Shown: positions 50,031 through 63,349 of the stretch, piece after piece
Layout of the letters: each line of letters begins with the position of its first letter
How positions within the stretch are numbered: the first letter of the stretch is position 1
Source: Saccostrea cucullata
Lineage: Eukaryota
DNA length: 64,000 nucleotides
Assembly (NCBI RefSeq): GCF_032062105.1
Contig: NW_026928016.1
Span: 62,001 to 126,000 of the forward strand
Direction of reading: 5' to 3'
The notes under the pieces: model-generated
What the model was told of the DNA's origin: nothing
The model's input: the letters and a program-made list of their open reading frames with translations, nothing else
The model's database searches: none
Program-made: the position numbers and the translations under genes

Positions 50031-53000
50031 TCACCACTGATCCAAGAAGTCAAACCCAGTCATTGGTATAGAGGAGTCATTTAATGCCTGGAAAATAAAG
50101 TCACACAGTAAAGATATAATGCAGCATTAAATGTACCTAATATGTAATAGAATGCAGCATTAACTGAACCTTATACGTAATAGAATGCAGCATTAACTGA
50201 ACCTTATATGTAATAGAATGCAGTATTAACTGAACCTTATATGTAATAGAATGCAGCATTAACTGAACCTTATATGTAATAGAATGCAGCATTAACTGAA
50301 CCTTATATGTAATAGAATGCAGCATTAACTGAACCTTATATGTAATAGAATGCAGTATTAACTGAACCTTATATGTAATAGAATGCAGCATTAACTGAAC
50401 CTTATATGTAATAGAATGCAGCATTAACTGAACCTTATACGTAACAGAATGCAGTATTAAATGTATGTAATATGTAAAAGAATGTAGCATGAATGTACCC
50501 AATATAAGACCGAATGCAGCATTAAATGTATCACTTTATATCCTTTATATATGAATAGTAGGGTAAACTAACTAACATTAGACTGAGATGCATATAAATA
50601 TTTGTAGATTGAGTCGATGATACAACTCAGCACAAACAAAAAAATGTACCAATTCTTTTCCTTATTAATTAAAATGATATAAAACACCAAAACCCTCTTA
50701 AATTTTTAAGGTAAAAAAGTTGACCATCATACCAATTACCGGTAATACCTTTAAACCAAAATAAAAGTATGTTTACCTCTTCTTTTAAACCTCTGTCTGT
50801 AGAATCCAAAATGTTTATCAAAGGGATAGAGGGAAAAATAATGACTTAAATTGGAGAATTTTTTTAAAATATCCACTAAACTGATTGAATAACCAGCAAA
50901 ATCGGCCTTACCTCTGAGGGTGTGTTGTCTACTGGTTTGAGTTCAGCAGTCCTATACCCATCCTCCTCAGTAAAAGAGGGCTGTGGTAAAGTCATTTCCT
51001 CTCTCTCCATAATTTGTCTGATTGGTTCCTTTAGCAGGGGTTTGTGGGCAGGGGAGGAGTTGGAGCTGCTGGAACTGTCCTCTTCCTGGTTAATTAGTGC
51101 CACACCCACTGCCATGGCAGGGTTGTCAAAGGCATTCAGTTCCACATCATTGAATTCCCTTGAGTTGGACATAGATTTAGGCAAAGATTCTTTTCTCTTA
51201 TTTACTAGGAATTCACAGTCCTGCTGATTTTTTCTGGAGAATGAGGAAGACAGATGTAACTTTGAATTTTTACTTTCTGACTTTGCTGGTGATGTTTTCT
51301 TAGGTGAGTCTTGAAGGGTACCATTAGGTTGCTTTTCAGGAGGAGGGCCAGAGAGGTCCCCATTGCTGCCTTTGAAGGCATAGTTAATGGCCTCAGGGCT
51401 CTGACTTCTTCTCTCAGAGTCTTTCATGCCCTCTAGTGTGTTGATATCTGTACGTCTTATTGAATTCCTTTCTTTCAGCTTTTCTGGGAATGTACTATTC
51501 CACAAGCTTTCATTCGTATATTTGAATTGCCTCTCAGTTGGTTTTACAGATGAATTTGACTCTTGCTTTTTTGATTTGGCTGTTTTTGAAGGTTTTGCCA
51601 ACTCTTCAGGTTCCAAGTCTGCTAAAGTTAAATCCTCTTGACTCTGAAACACATTAAAGTATATATAATTTTAAAAAAGCCATTATTTAGTTTTATTTAG
51701 GATTACCTATTAGTTTTAAAGGGTTTCATAATAATACTATATTGATTAATATTGGTTAATTACAATTAAATACCCACATCATCAAGGTCAAGATCAACTT
51801 CCAGCTTGACAAATTAACAATAAAAATACGGAGGGAAAACATAACCTCATGACTGTTTGCTAATGCAGCACATTCAGAAATTTGTCTGTACTTATCATTG
51901 CAGGAGCCAGTACAGATAAATTGATAATATTTGACACTTAACAAAAATTTTTGCCTCATTATCAATACTAATTTTCTACCCGCGGATTAAACAGAAATTG
52001 GGATTCCGCAGAATTATGACCCCGTGGAAAAATTACGTCTACAGTAATTTTTTGATGCAAGAATTTTTAGTTTTTTACTAATAGAAATTTCAAGTAATTT
52101 AAATCTTGAAGTAAGGGATTGTGTCAAAACCAGAAGTGCTATTGATTAAGTACCCATCTGTGGATAAAGCATAGTTTTATCTCATGGGTATTATTATCCA
52201 CATATATGAGAAATAAAATTGATTTGGTTATTGCCTAGATCATGAATGGACAACTAATTAAAGCTGATCAGGTGCAGAACAAATTACACAAAAATACTAC
52301 CTTAGATCGCCATGAAAAAGGTGCAGAATGCTCATCTTGCCATGTCCAAAACTGAGGAGAAGATAAATAAGAATACAATTAAGAATGTAGATAAATAGTT
52401 TAATGTGCACTTAAGTTTTTTAAAAGCTTTATTTCTGTGTTCTTTTAAAATACAAATACATTTTAATAGATTTATCAAATATTTGCACAGAAAGATTTTA
52501 CACCCACGCTGCAATAATGTAGCCCTTTCCATTTTTTGGGGGGTGGGGTGGGTGGGGGAAGGGCTACTTCTCCTTAAGATCTCTGTAATGGTGCAAATGT
52601 GAGAGTGATTCATTCCCGCACAGATTTTGGCTTAAATTATCAGTAAATGGCTATTTAATTAGCATTTCTTACCTGAACTCCAAAAATGAAGTTATGCAAA
52701 ACATAAATCAATCCAAACATACACAGAACAATCCATATATCGGCTATTTTTCGTGTATGCCAACATCACAACTTGAATTTGTCCCCCATGTTTACCGACC
52801 TTGATTGATTTTATTTTGGGACTGCCAATGAGACTAGGGATCAGTAGGGAGCAGATGTCTGTAGGAATTACCTTATTTTAGGCATAAATATCGCCGTTTA
52901 CAAAAGAATGTCACATGGAATAGTTTCATTTATCAATGTTTAGTGATGCCATACAGCACAATCATTTAGTTATTCTGTATATCTACTTCACAAAGCAATT

Positions 53001-54727
53001 TTAATTTTTGAGAACTGTCATGGCTTTTGATGAGAGTGACTGGTAAACATTAGCAGAATTATTTATCTGGTTTTCATGTTTAACGGTATATTCTATTGAC
53101 AGTGAATAAAAATTTTGCCTTCTTAGAAGTAAGTTGACAGTAAAAACTATTTATTTTGATTGCAGTCGCTCATTTAAAAAAAAAAAATATTCTCACAATT
53201 ACGGAGATGCTGTGGAATTTTAGCCCTCTCCAGAAAATGTCCGATTAAAAAATCAGGAGGCCTACATTATTGCAGCTAAAACCCACTCACTTTCCCATCT
53301 CACTTGTACTAACATAAACAGTCATGAACACTAAAGTTATCACAAAAATGATGTGATCCTCATCTTTTAAAAGCTAAAATACCAAATCATTCGGTTAGAC
53401 TTGACTTTACCAGTCTCCAGATCAGCAAGTTCCTCATTGGACTATGGCGTAACATTTACATCACTCAACTGATAAGGGTTAAATTTCCACACTATTCCAC
53501 TGATTAGGGTTACCTGGTAGTCTTGCACCCACCTGAGATATTAGGGTTACTGTAGATTCCTTATTTTTCGCGAGTACTTTTTATTGCGAATGGACTATTC
53601 AACGTCAAATCGTGATAATAATATTTCGCAAATGGTCGATTGATTAAGAGATTTAACACTGATTTCAGCACAATAAAAATAAATGGGAATAATTTTATTT
53701 CGCATGTGGTGCTTCTCGCAAAATTACGCGATGATTAATTCCACAAGTATATTTAAGATTTTAAAGTAGTCCTTGCATTAGTATTCGACTGATTAGGGTT
53801 AGTCTCCCATCCATCCGACAGATTAAGGTTAGTCCTCGCACATTATTTGACTGATTAGGGTTAGTCTAGCATCTTCCCAAGAGATTTCGTCTAAATGTCT
53901 TAGTTCTTGCATACCATCTGCTAGATTAGGGTTAGTGACTCGTTCTGTTAGATAATTTGAGAAATTCTGTTGTTTTTGTTATTTTTCCAAGATCATAATT
54001 CAGCTTCAATGGTATTTCGTTCATTTGTTTGCATGGAAGAAGTACTAATAAACATATAAACAATATTCATTAATTTTTTCGGAGAGCGAGGTTAAAAACT
54101 TCGTTTAAAAACGAAGTTTTGAACTAAACTTTTAACTGTAGAATTCAAATTTGGGATCAAAAGGCTCAAAAACCTCGTATTAGTTATTTTTGATCACTCA
54201 CGCTATCTCATATATATACTGAAGTTGCCTTCGGCGAAACTACATTTTAGTGCGTTTTTCTGAGGACCGTTAAAGTAAAGTCATTCGAATCATTTGGTAT
54301 GCTAAACTAAGATAAATGATAAAACCTTGGATTATTGATACTTAATCCTAGAACACTAATATTATATTTATACAACTATTGAACTAAAACACATCAGGAT
54401 ATAGCAAGCTGCAGTTTTCAGAAAGATCATTTAGTTTAATATAGAGTTAAGACATACATCATTGTTCTCATCAACTATTATTTTCTCTCCAGACGATATT
54501 GCCAATCGTGGAAAACTCTGTGGGTAATCTTCTGTCTTGTCAACATCTTGGTACACTCTCCTGACGTCTGGTTTGACAAAGTAATCGTCTAGTGTGGTTT
54601 CTTTTTCCATCAGGTTCATTGCTCTCCATCTATCCCCAAGCAGTTCCTCCACCAGCAAAACATCACTCACGACCCGCTTTGTCAGGGGATTAATAGAGGA
54701 AAAATAATCCACTGTTGCCGAGTCCAT
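50031..54727 (-). CDS. C1orf198: C1orf198 homolog (DUF4706), 4 coding exons, 369 aa
   Basis: Exons: 54727-54458, 52351-52301, 51643-50912, 50087-50031. Total 1110 nt, all phase 0. Family motifs YFSSINPL, TWQDEHSAPFSW.SKSQ and C-terminal TGFDFLDQW*. Confidence 0.9.
50114..50530. repeat. 33-bp minisatellite, ~12 copies, abutting the last 3' splice site of C1orf198
   Basis: Unit TATGTAATAGAATGCAGCATTAACTGAACCTTA. It ends ~25 nt from the acceptor AG at 50088-50089. Confidence 0.92.
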
Positions 54728-55046
54728 TTTTCTCTTTTTAAAACTTTATTAAAGCAGTTTGACAGACAATGGGAAAAGACCCCGGAAATAAAAAACGATG
54801 ATAGTTCGTACGAGAACTAGTTCGATTTAGGTAAATGATTTTTTTTTTTTTAAATTTCGGAAAGTTTCCAATAAAAGTTTATTTGTTAAGTTTAAAAGTT
54901 TATGTTCTTTATATTCTCTGCATGAAAAAATTTAAAGGAATGTGATTGAGCTTAAAAAGATTAAATACATTAAAGTTAAGAAACTTCTGTGGTCGATTTA
55001 ACAAAAAGTTAAGTTTCACTTTCCTATTTACTGATTTGGATGGGAA
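54728..55046. promoter_or_regulatory. Very compact bidirectional promoter for C1orf198 / NRDE2
   Basis: Only 319 bp separate the two ATGs. ETS-type CCGGAAAT at 54782 and several CpGs. Possible 5'-UTR donor AG|GTAAAT at 54830. Confidence 0.6.
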
Positions 55047-57355
55047 ATGAATCCCCTTTTCCCAGTTTCATCAAAAAACACACTTTTTCCATTAAATACA
55101 GATGAGAATGATACAACAACTACTAAGAATTTGGATGGTCAGTGTTTCAATTTTTTTTAGTGCTAAACATGTAGAAGTTTTCATTTGTTTACCAGTTTAC
55201 ATGTCATTTCAAATTGTTTACATCTTCTCAACTTAGAATATGATATGATAATCAATCCTACCAATATAATGCATTTAATATGAGAAAATTAATATGTTTT
55301 TCATTGTACATGTAGCCTGAGTTAGACTCTAATGTGAATTACCGGTACCTTTTTTTAAAAAAAATTTCAGTGAACTTGGACTGGTTGCAGAACAAGAGTT
55401 TTCCAAGCAGACAGTTTGATGTCACGATATTACAAGGACCAAAGGAAAAGGAGAGTGTGTCAAACCAGTAAGAAAACGATTTAGACCCGTTTCTTTGATT
55501 TATATTGCCTATGTTTTATATCAAGACTTATAAATACTTAAGCAACTTTTTCATTTAGGGTGCATTTACTCCAGCATGCTAGAGGATTGAGGTTCACGGC
55601 AAGATACTTTTGACTTGGCGCCTCTAGCATCCATTATAGAAATTCTCTTTGTAGCTGCAGAACTGATGTGTTGTGATTTTTTTATTTTTGTCGTTGACCA
55701 TAAAGCTACAGATACCATAAGCAAATAATGTGCAAGTTTATGGCACAAGAGTTTCTGTGCATGATTTGGGAGAATATTTCTCCACTTTCCAGCATTGGTC
55801 CAACAACTGTCTTTTGCTCCCTAATTCTACACACACTTTTTACTAAACTATATATTTTATCCACCTCCCAAAGCTTTTATATTTGTCAAGAGAGTTTATA
55901 AGTCTGTTGACAAATTAAGCACGTAGACAGTTATATCATAACAAAAATTAATTTACATGATTGTATAACTTCTTATATTAAAGAAAACTTTGATATTACA
56001 TTCTTCATAATCATGATATTGGACTTAGACATTCTGTGACAAATATGTTGATTCATTTTATTACAGAGACATCCTTGAATCCTCTGAGGAGACACCAGAT
56101 GAGTCAAACACTAAAGGTTCACAATTTTCTCTTTTTTCTCCTGTATTTATACAACTCCTACAGTTACATATAGATTACCAATCAGTCTCTATTTATTAGC
56201 AGGATTTTAAAAAATTAAACCGGAAAGGAATAATGTGATTTCAGTATTTCGTATTACCTAGCTGCAGAACTGTAGCTCTCAGAAAAAATATATATTGATA
56301 GACCAGCTGTAGACCGGAGAGCTACAGTGCCACCCATTGAAAAAACTGTATATTTATTGTGCGCTCGGTTCTGGATTAATTCTTCCAAATTCTTACCTCA
56401 GTTGCAAAAAAGCTAGATTTCAATATAGTCCTTACTCCTTTATCAATTACTTTCGTAGTTTACATCTGTATACGAAGCGCGTCGGACCGAATTATCTTGC
56501 AAACCAAAATGGCAGTATAAATAGACGAAATTTTCGATGATCACAATTTCAGGGCCAGGAGGGCTATTAACCAGAAGTCTCTGTCGAGACTGTAGCTCTA
56601 CTGGTTTGTACTGATCAAAAACCGATGCACAGAATTATGTATCTTAGTGTAGTCTACTTGACGTGTGATAAGTTATATTGAAATCAGACCAAAACTGTAG
56701 AAGGAGTAGCATTTTAAAGGAATTCCACAGAAAATTCTACTCTTAGTAACCATGGCAACACCGTTCATTGAAATCAAAAACCGATGCACTATTATATGTA
56801 AATTAGTGTAGTTTACTTGTGTGCCAAGTGATAATGAAATCAGACCAAAACTGTAGAAGGAGTAGCGTTTTAAAGGAATTTCACAGAAAATTCTATTTTT
56901 AGTAACCATGGCAACATCGTTCATCGAAATCAAAAACCGATGCACTATTTTATGTATCTTAGTGTAGTCTACTTGTGTGCCAAGTGATATTGAAATGAGA
57001 CTAAAACTGTAGAAGGAGTAGCATCTTAAAGGAATTTCTCAGAAAATTCTATTTTTAGTAACCATGGCAACATCGTTCATCGAAACCAAAAACCGATGCA
57101 TTATTTTATGTATCTTAGTGTAGTCTACTTGTGTGCCTAGTAATATTGAAATCAGACCAAAACTTTAGAAGGAGTAGCATTTTAAAGGAATTTCTCAGGA
57201 AATTCTATTTTTAGTAACCATGGCAACACCGTTCATCGAAATCAAAAACCGATGCACTATTTTATATATCTTAGTGTAGTCTACTTGTGTGCCAAGTTAT
57301 ATTGAAATCAGACTAAAATTGTAGGAGGAGTAGCGTTTTGAAAAATTGTTTACAG

Positions 57356-57393
<38 letters not shown>

Positions 57394-59435
57394 GGACGGA
57401 TGCCGGACGCATTACTATTGCATAAGCTCTTCTGGTCTCTGACCAGTAAAGCTAAAAACAAATATAAGGAATGTTTTGTTGTGGAAACAGTGAAAGAATA
57501 TGTTAGAAACACACGGTTAGTAATATTTTGAGATGACAGTTTTAAAAACACGGAGAAATAAATCGAGAAACAGCACACTTTTCTGTGCGCAATAAATTTA
57601 CAGTTTTTTCAATAGGTGGCACTGTAGCTCTCCGGTCTATCAATATATATTTTTTTGGAGAGCTACAGTTCCACAGCTACTAATTACCATGATTCAAATT
57701 CTTATGTGAAAGGAATAGATTATTTTTTGAAGATGGAGTAATGCTCATATTCTTTAGAAACCTAAAACAATTAATTTCAAATGGTTTGGTACAAAGAATT
57801 AAGACTCTAAAAGTTAAAAACACATTACAGTAAAATGCATTTAATCATTTTAATATAGTATATAAATACACTTATGAGGAATCCTTGCAAGCATGTGATG
57901 AAGTGATTATCCTTCCCTATATAGCTGTAAATCGTATTATGAACTTTTCAATTATATAGAAATAATGATTAAATTTCATAATGTTTATCCCTGGCATTAT
58001 ATATTATGTATATTGGTACTATAAGTGTGTTTACTGTATATACATCACATTAACATGTTTAATGTGAACTGAACTGTGTAGCTTATAATTTTATATTTTT
58101 TCCATACAGTGTCAAAAAAGAGAAAGAAGAAAAAACATAAACATAAAAACAAAAAGAAAAAATATCACAAAGGGGACATTTCAAGATCACCTAGTCCTCG
58201 TGCAGAAGTCAAGACAAAGTAAGATATTTTTCTCTCTAAATTTTGCACCACAGTCTTATCCATGACATCATTAACTATTGAGTATGGCATTAATTTTACA
58301 TTTTGCGTTAAGTAGAATTTTTTATTTAAAGGGTTCCAGAGATTCAGGGAAACAAAGTATTTATTGAAGAGCTGCCTTATCTTGAACCAGAGGATGCCTT
58401 CAGGATTGATCGTAAATCTAATGTCCATAACTGGAAGTATGAATCTCTGTACAAAGGACATATTGCTGCTTTTCCCCAGCGTTTCCAAGCAAGTCTAGGA
58501 GGAGACTCCCAGTCTAGAGATACACAAAACAAAAATAAGCACAAAACAATGAGGTATTACAGCAGAGAAAATCGGAAACTCTTGGCACAAGCTCCACTGT
58601 GTCATCTTGTACCGTCCAGAAATACTGGGAGTTTCCAATCTGATGTCATACCCATCCCTCTGGAGGATGTATCAGAGAGAGCTGAGGAGAATCGGAGTGA
58701 GGATATAAGAGAGAGACTGATGGACACAGCCACCTCACATTACATACAGGGGGTGGGGGTAGAAGCAGTGGACAGTAATGTCAGTGTAACAGAGGTAGAG
58801 GAGAGACTGAACAAGAGGACAGCTGAGTTTAATCGTAGAACACGGGAGGAACCTCACAACACAGACTTATGGCTGGAATTTGTGGAGTACCAGGACTCCT
58901 TACTAAGGCTGCCAGAATTGGAGGGCTCTTTCAAAATGTCTAAGTCTGCTGTCCTGGAAAAGAAGATTGCCATCTTGAAAAAAGCCATGGAATTGAATCA
59001 GAGTAACATTGTTTTGAAACTAAAGTATTTACAGTTGTGCCAGGAAATTTTGGAACCCAATGAAATAAACAAAGAAATGGAGGACCTGCTGTTTCACAAC
59101 CCAACAAATATTTCCTTGTGGAAGCAGTACCTTATGTTCAACCAAAGCAGGCTGTCTAATTTTTCTGTGTCTAGAATGTGCAAGCTATATCAGAAGTGCA
59201 TCACAACACTTGTTAAATACCAGGAGGGAAAATTAAAGACCCATACTTTACCTGTAAACCTGTCAGAAGAGATACTTGGTATGCTTTCTCTTGATTATCT
59301 GTACATTATACAATATATATATTTTTAGGTCACCTGAGTAAACTCAGGTGACCTATTGCTATCTGTTTTCGTCCGTCGTCGTGCGTCGTGTGTTAACATT
59401 TGAACATTTTCAGCTTCTTCTCTGCAACCACTGAA

Positions 59436-59466
<31 letters not shown>

Positions 59467-62400
59467 TATGGATGAAGGGGAACAAAAATTGTGAATTTAT
59501 CCCTGCCCCCCCTGGGCCTATGGGGCCAAAACCACTAAAATTAATGCAATCTTTAAAAATCTTCTTCTTTTTGGACATCAAGCAGTCAAACTGTTTGCAT
59601 GATTGTAATCAGCATTGAGTCCTCTACCAAAATTGTGAAATTCATGGCCCTTTTATAATTGTAGTGAAAATGCATTATTTCTTTGAAAATCTCTCTGCTC
59701 CTGGGTATTAAATAAACCAACTAAGTGCATAGTTATGATGAGCAAGAGTGCCTCTACCAAAATTGTGAAAAAAGTCGGGGCTCTATTGATTATATAGTGA
59801 AATGCATGAATTCTTTGAACATCTTATCCTTTGCTCCTGGTTAATATGCTAATGATCTAATTACATATTTAAGGCCAGGATTTATTTTATTTTCAGTTTT
59901 ACAAACCCTCCGCTCAAGGTTTTGAATTTTCAGAAAATTTTTTTTCAAATTTACGAACTCGCACTTCCGGTTTTACGATGAAACGGGGGGTAAATAAAGC
60001 TAGATCTGAGAAGATAGCTTGGTTTAGTGTAAAATTCATCGATAAGAGTGCCATTCAAAATGTTTCACCCGTTCAAAGGACAAATAAAATGCTGACGACT
60101 TTGTTGCACAATGACATGCTGGTGAGATAATTATGTATTCGTTTCAAAAGTGACTGTAAATTATTTTCCTCCCCCACTGGCCCCAGGTTTTAAACTGCCC
60201 GTGGTAGCTATTGCATATTGCCAGGGACATTGTTTAGGTCTCTGTTATAGCTTACTATGGGAGAAATGGGACAAATTGTTAAGTCCATTTGAGGAAGAAA
60301 TAAACAATAACATGAAGAAGTAAAAAAATTCAACTATTAAAAGGCAAGAATATACAAATATATACACGCATGTAGTATCATTTGTATCAGACAGAAAATT
60401 ATTTTACACTTAATTGAAAAAAATGTTGACCCTACTCCCCAATACTTCCTGTCTGTTTTATGATAGGAATTATAATTTTAGGCATCAAGTAAATTTTAGA
60501 ACAATGTCTACACATTCACCTAACACATATTTAAAAAATGAAGATATATTGAAAGACTTTTAAAGAATTGATTTTTAAAAATATATTTTGATCAACATCA
60601 CAAAATTTATATAACTGGCCCAAACTGGCAGATGATGGAATAAGCAATTAAATGTTCTACTTTCCTATTTGTAAGCATTATGTGTCCAGTGGTAAGGAGC
60701 CTATTAGGATAGCATAAAAAAAGAATGTACAAATGTTAATAATTGATTTATCAAAAAAAAAATTTTAGGTATCCTCATGTTCATAACTAAACCTAAACAT
60801 AAAAAAAAAATGCTGGCCTTTTGAAGAAAGGGGCCTCTTGCAAAATAGATAATTTCACAGGGGTACCAGGGGGGTACTTTGACTAAAAATAAATTAATGC
60901 TTTGAAATCTGCCCTTTGATAAGCAATGGTGCCTCTTTCAAAATTTGTGAATTTCATGGCTTTTGGATTAAAACATGAACCAAATACAATTGCTGGAAAG
61001 TTGTTACATGATACTCAGGTGACCTATAAGGCCCGTGGGCCTCTTGTTTTATAAACTAATCTGTCAACATTTCTATAGCATATACTATAAAGATTAAACT
61101 TTTTGTTGTATGATTCTTAAGTAACTTTTATAATTGCATGTGCATAAGCTAATTAAGATGTAAAAAAGACATATTTTTCTTTCACAGGTATCTTTGTTCA
61201 GTTATGTACATTTTTGAAGCAAGCAGGACACAAGGAGAAAGCTGTAGCCTCATTTCAAGCTCTGATCGAACTTAATTTATGCTGCCCAGAGCGCCTAAGA
61301 TCAGCTGACCTGAGTGAGAAAGCCATTATTTTGGAGAGCTTCTGGGACATTGGGGTGCCCCGATTTGGGGAGGAGGGGGCCAAAGGTTGGAATTACTGGA
61401 TGGTTAACAAAGACTTACTGCCAACTGAAAGTGAAAGTAATGAGAAAGGTATTGATTTTTAGGTTTGCGAACGTAAAAGGGCGAATATAGCATAAGGCGA
61501 AAATAACCCTGTGTACAGTATTCAAGGATCTCACTAAATAAAACATCAACCTTTGTTGTCTAGGTGTCAATTTAATATATACAATTCAATTATACTTTTT
61601 AAATATACAGAAGGTAAAGTATGCTTAGCTTTGTCAATGAATAAATATTGAAAAACAAAATGTATTAACATATTGACATACATATATCATAATCTGGCCA
61701 GCCCAAGATCAACTGTTTTATTCTCCTCATGACAAGAGAATTTGTAACTTTGACCAAGACTTTCCCTGAAAAATTGACATGGTAATGTGTTTAAAACTGA
61801 GAAAATTCAGATGAATTATTGACATAAAAGGGTTTCATAGAATATATCTCTCAATTTTGCTATTCTAAGAATCAAAGTACATTTTAAAGTACATTCAGTT
61901 CTTTTTTTTGGCTTTCCTTAGATCCTTCATTAGCTGATGAAGAGGAGGCTATTTTACAGAGCAAAAAAGAAAAATGGGAGACCTGGTTACACTTAGAAAC
62001 CCTCAGAGAATCAGCTCATTGGTTGCCATGGAAACCAGACCTTTCTGCAGGGGAGACTATGGATGATTGTGAGGATATAGACAGACTTGTCCTCTTTGAG
62101 GATATTTCACCATTTGTCTTCTGTTTGCCAGAAAATCTGAAGTTTAATATTCTGATTCAATTTCTTATTTTCCTTGGATTTGAAAATAGTCAATTCATAG
62201 AAAATGTCCAGGATGCTGAGAGACTATCTGTAATATTTAACATATTTGGAATGAAAGACTTCCAAAACTCCAGAACACTAACAGAGCAGAGATTTTTACA
62301 TAAATTTATTGGCAATATTATACAACAAGGACTGTTTAGATGTAATGGAGTACCTCATAGAGAACTTACACTTCTCTGGTTAAGATATCACACACAAAAT

Positions 62401-63349
62401 GAAAATTGGGAAAAGGTTGATTGTAAGAAATTTAAGAAAATGGCAAGAAATGTGTTAAAGGATCCCTTAAACAGAAATAGTAAAGCAGTCTGGATGGAGT
62501 ATAGCCTTTCACTCTCTAGTCTTGGAGGTAAAAAAGATGCCGAGGAGGTGCTGGAGATGGCTATTCCAATGTTGTGTGTGAATACAGATGATGACAAGGA
62601 ATACATTCCAGCATTCTACAGAAGTCTTGTTGAACTTTTCCTAAATTTTCCAACAGATACTGATTTGTTTCAGTTTAGCAAGAATACAATCAGGATGGTT
62701 CCAGAGTCAGTAAACAGAAGTGTTCACACATTGATTTGTTTATGTGAAAATCGACATAGTGATTTAAAAAATGTTGACAGCACTTGTGCAGTAAAGAAAC
62801 TAAAAAGCAGAAGAAAAATGGAGGAGTTATTAGAAATGCTCTTACAGGACTACAAGATGGACCCCAAACGAAGCAAAGAGGAATGGTTTTATCTTCTGGA
62901 ATTCACTCATTGTTGTGCATTGTTTGAATATGTTGTCTCTGATCTTAACCTGGACAGTGCATTGTGTGTTTTAAACAAAGTGCTATCTCTAGTGTTCAGC
63001 TTATCGAATTCTCAAACAGAGAATGACAGCAGTGTGAATAAGAACTTTGAATTGTGTTTTGAGCAGATTTTTAGATGCAAGGTCAAGGTTATTCATCATC
63101 ACATTTCTGTCCACCATTCCTCATTAAGTCCACTTCGAGCTACAGTGGAGGCTGCACTTGAGATCTTCCCGGACCATGTGTACTTTCTGAATGTGTTTAC
63201 AGAGTTGGAGAAGGGATGTATGGTATTTGGGAGGCTAGATAGATTCTATGGACATCACCTTGGGAGAGTTAAGTCCCCTGACTTGACAGTGTTTGCTGTG
63301 GCCTCTTTGATACAGAGGAAAGTTCTCAGGAAAGACCATGTCAATGAAG
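55047..63349 (+). CDS. NRDE2: Nuclear exosome regulator NRDE2 (HAT/TPR-like repeats), 5' part; continues beyond the window
   Basis: Exons: 55047-55137, 55371-55467, 56067-56116, 58110-58218, 58332-59278, 61188-61448, 61922-63349. Phases consistent. Motifs LFP, LDWLQNKSF, Lys-rich KKRKKKKHKH, FRIDRK..NWKYESLY, EFNRRTREEPHNTDLWLEFV..QD, LEKKIAIL, QAGHKEKAV..FQA, FWD.GVPRFGEEGAKGW, WLPWKPD..DCED.DR.VLFEDI. The small 5' exons are less certain. Confidence 0.92.
56259..57679. mobile_element. Long-TIR MITE (copy 2, inverted relative to 3469-4021) with a nested HINE
   Basis: Same TIRs as copy 1. The internal sequence aligns in reverse to 3590-3900 on both sides of the 56569-57458 insertion. Confidence 0.85.
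56569..57458 (-). mobile_element. Helentron-type HINE carrying ~4.5 copies of the same 156-bp satellite
   Basis: Ends nearly identical to 23011-24352. Unit anchors at 56746, 56902, 57058 and 57214. Confidence 0.9.
59322..61050 (+). mobile_element. HINE/pearl-like element with a nested GGCC-terminus element (59873-60818)
   Basis: 5' end TTTTAGGTCACCTGAGTAAACTCAGGTGACCTA hairpin plus a CGTC microsatellite. 3' end CTCAGGTGACCTATAAGGCCCGTGGGCCTCTTGTT. The nested element has GGCCAG...CTGGCC termini. Confidence 0.8.

Noticed and set aside
50137-50502. 121-aa ORF of LMLHSITYKVQ repeats
   Set aside because: Translation of the 33-bp intronic minisatellite. The C1orf198 model is complete without it.
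52537-52563. G-quadruplex-capable G-run in C1orf198 intron 1
   Set aside because: Similar G/C runs are scattered through the window, with no evidence of function.
53411-53441. Possible extra C1orf198 exon (SNEELADLET, AG...GT flanked)
   Set aside because: 31 nt would frameshift the conserved WQDEHSAPFSW exon, and exon 1 joins exon 2 in frame without it. It could be a poison exon, but there is no evidence.
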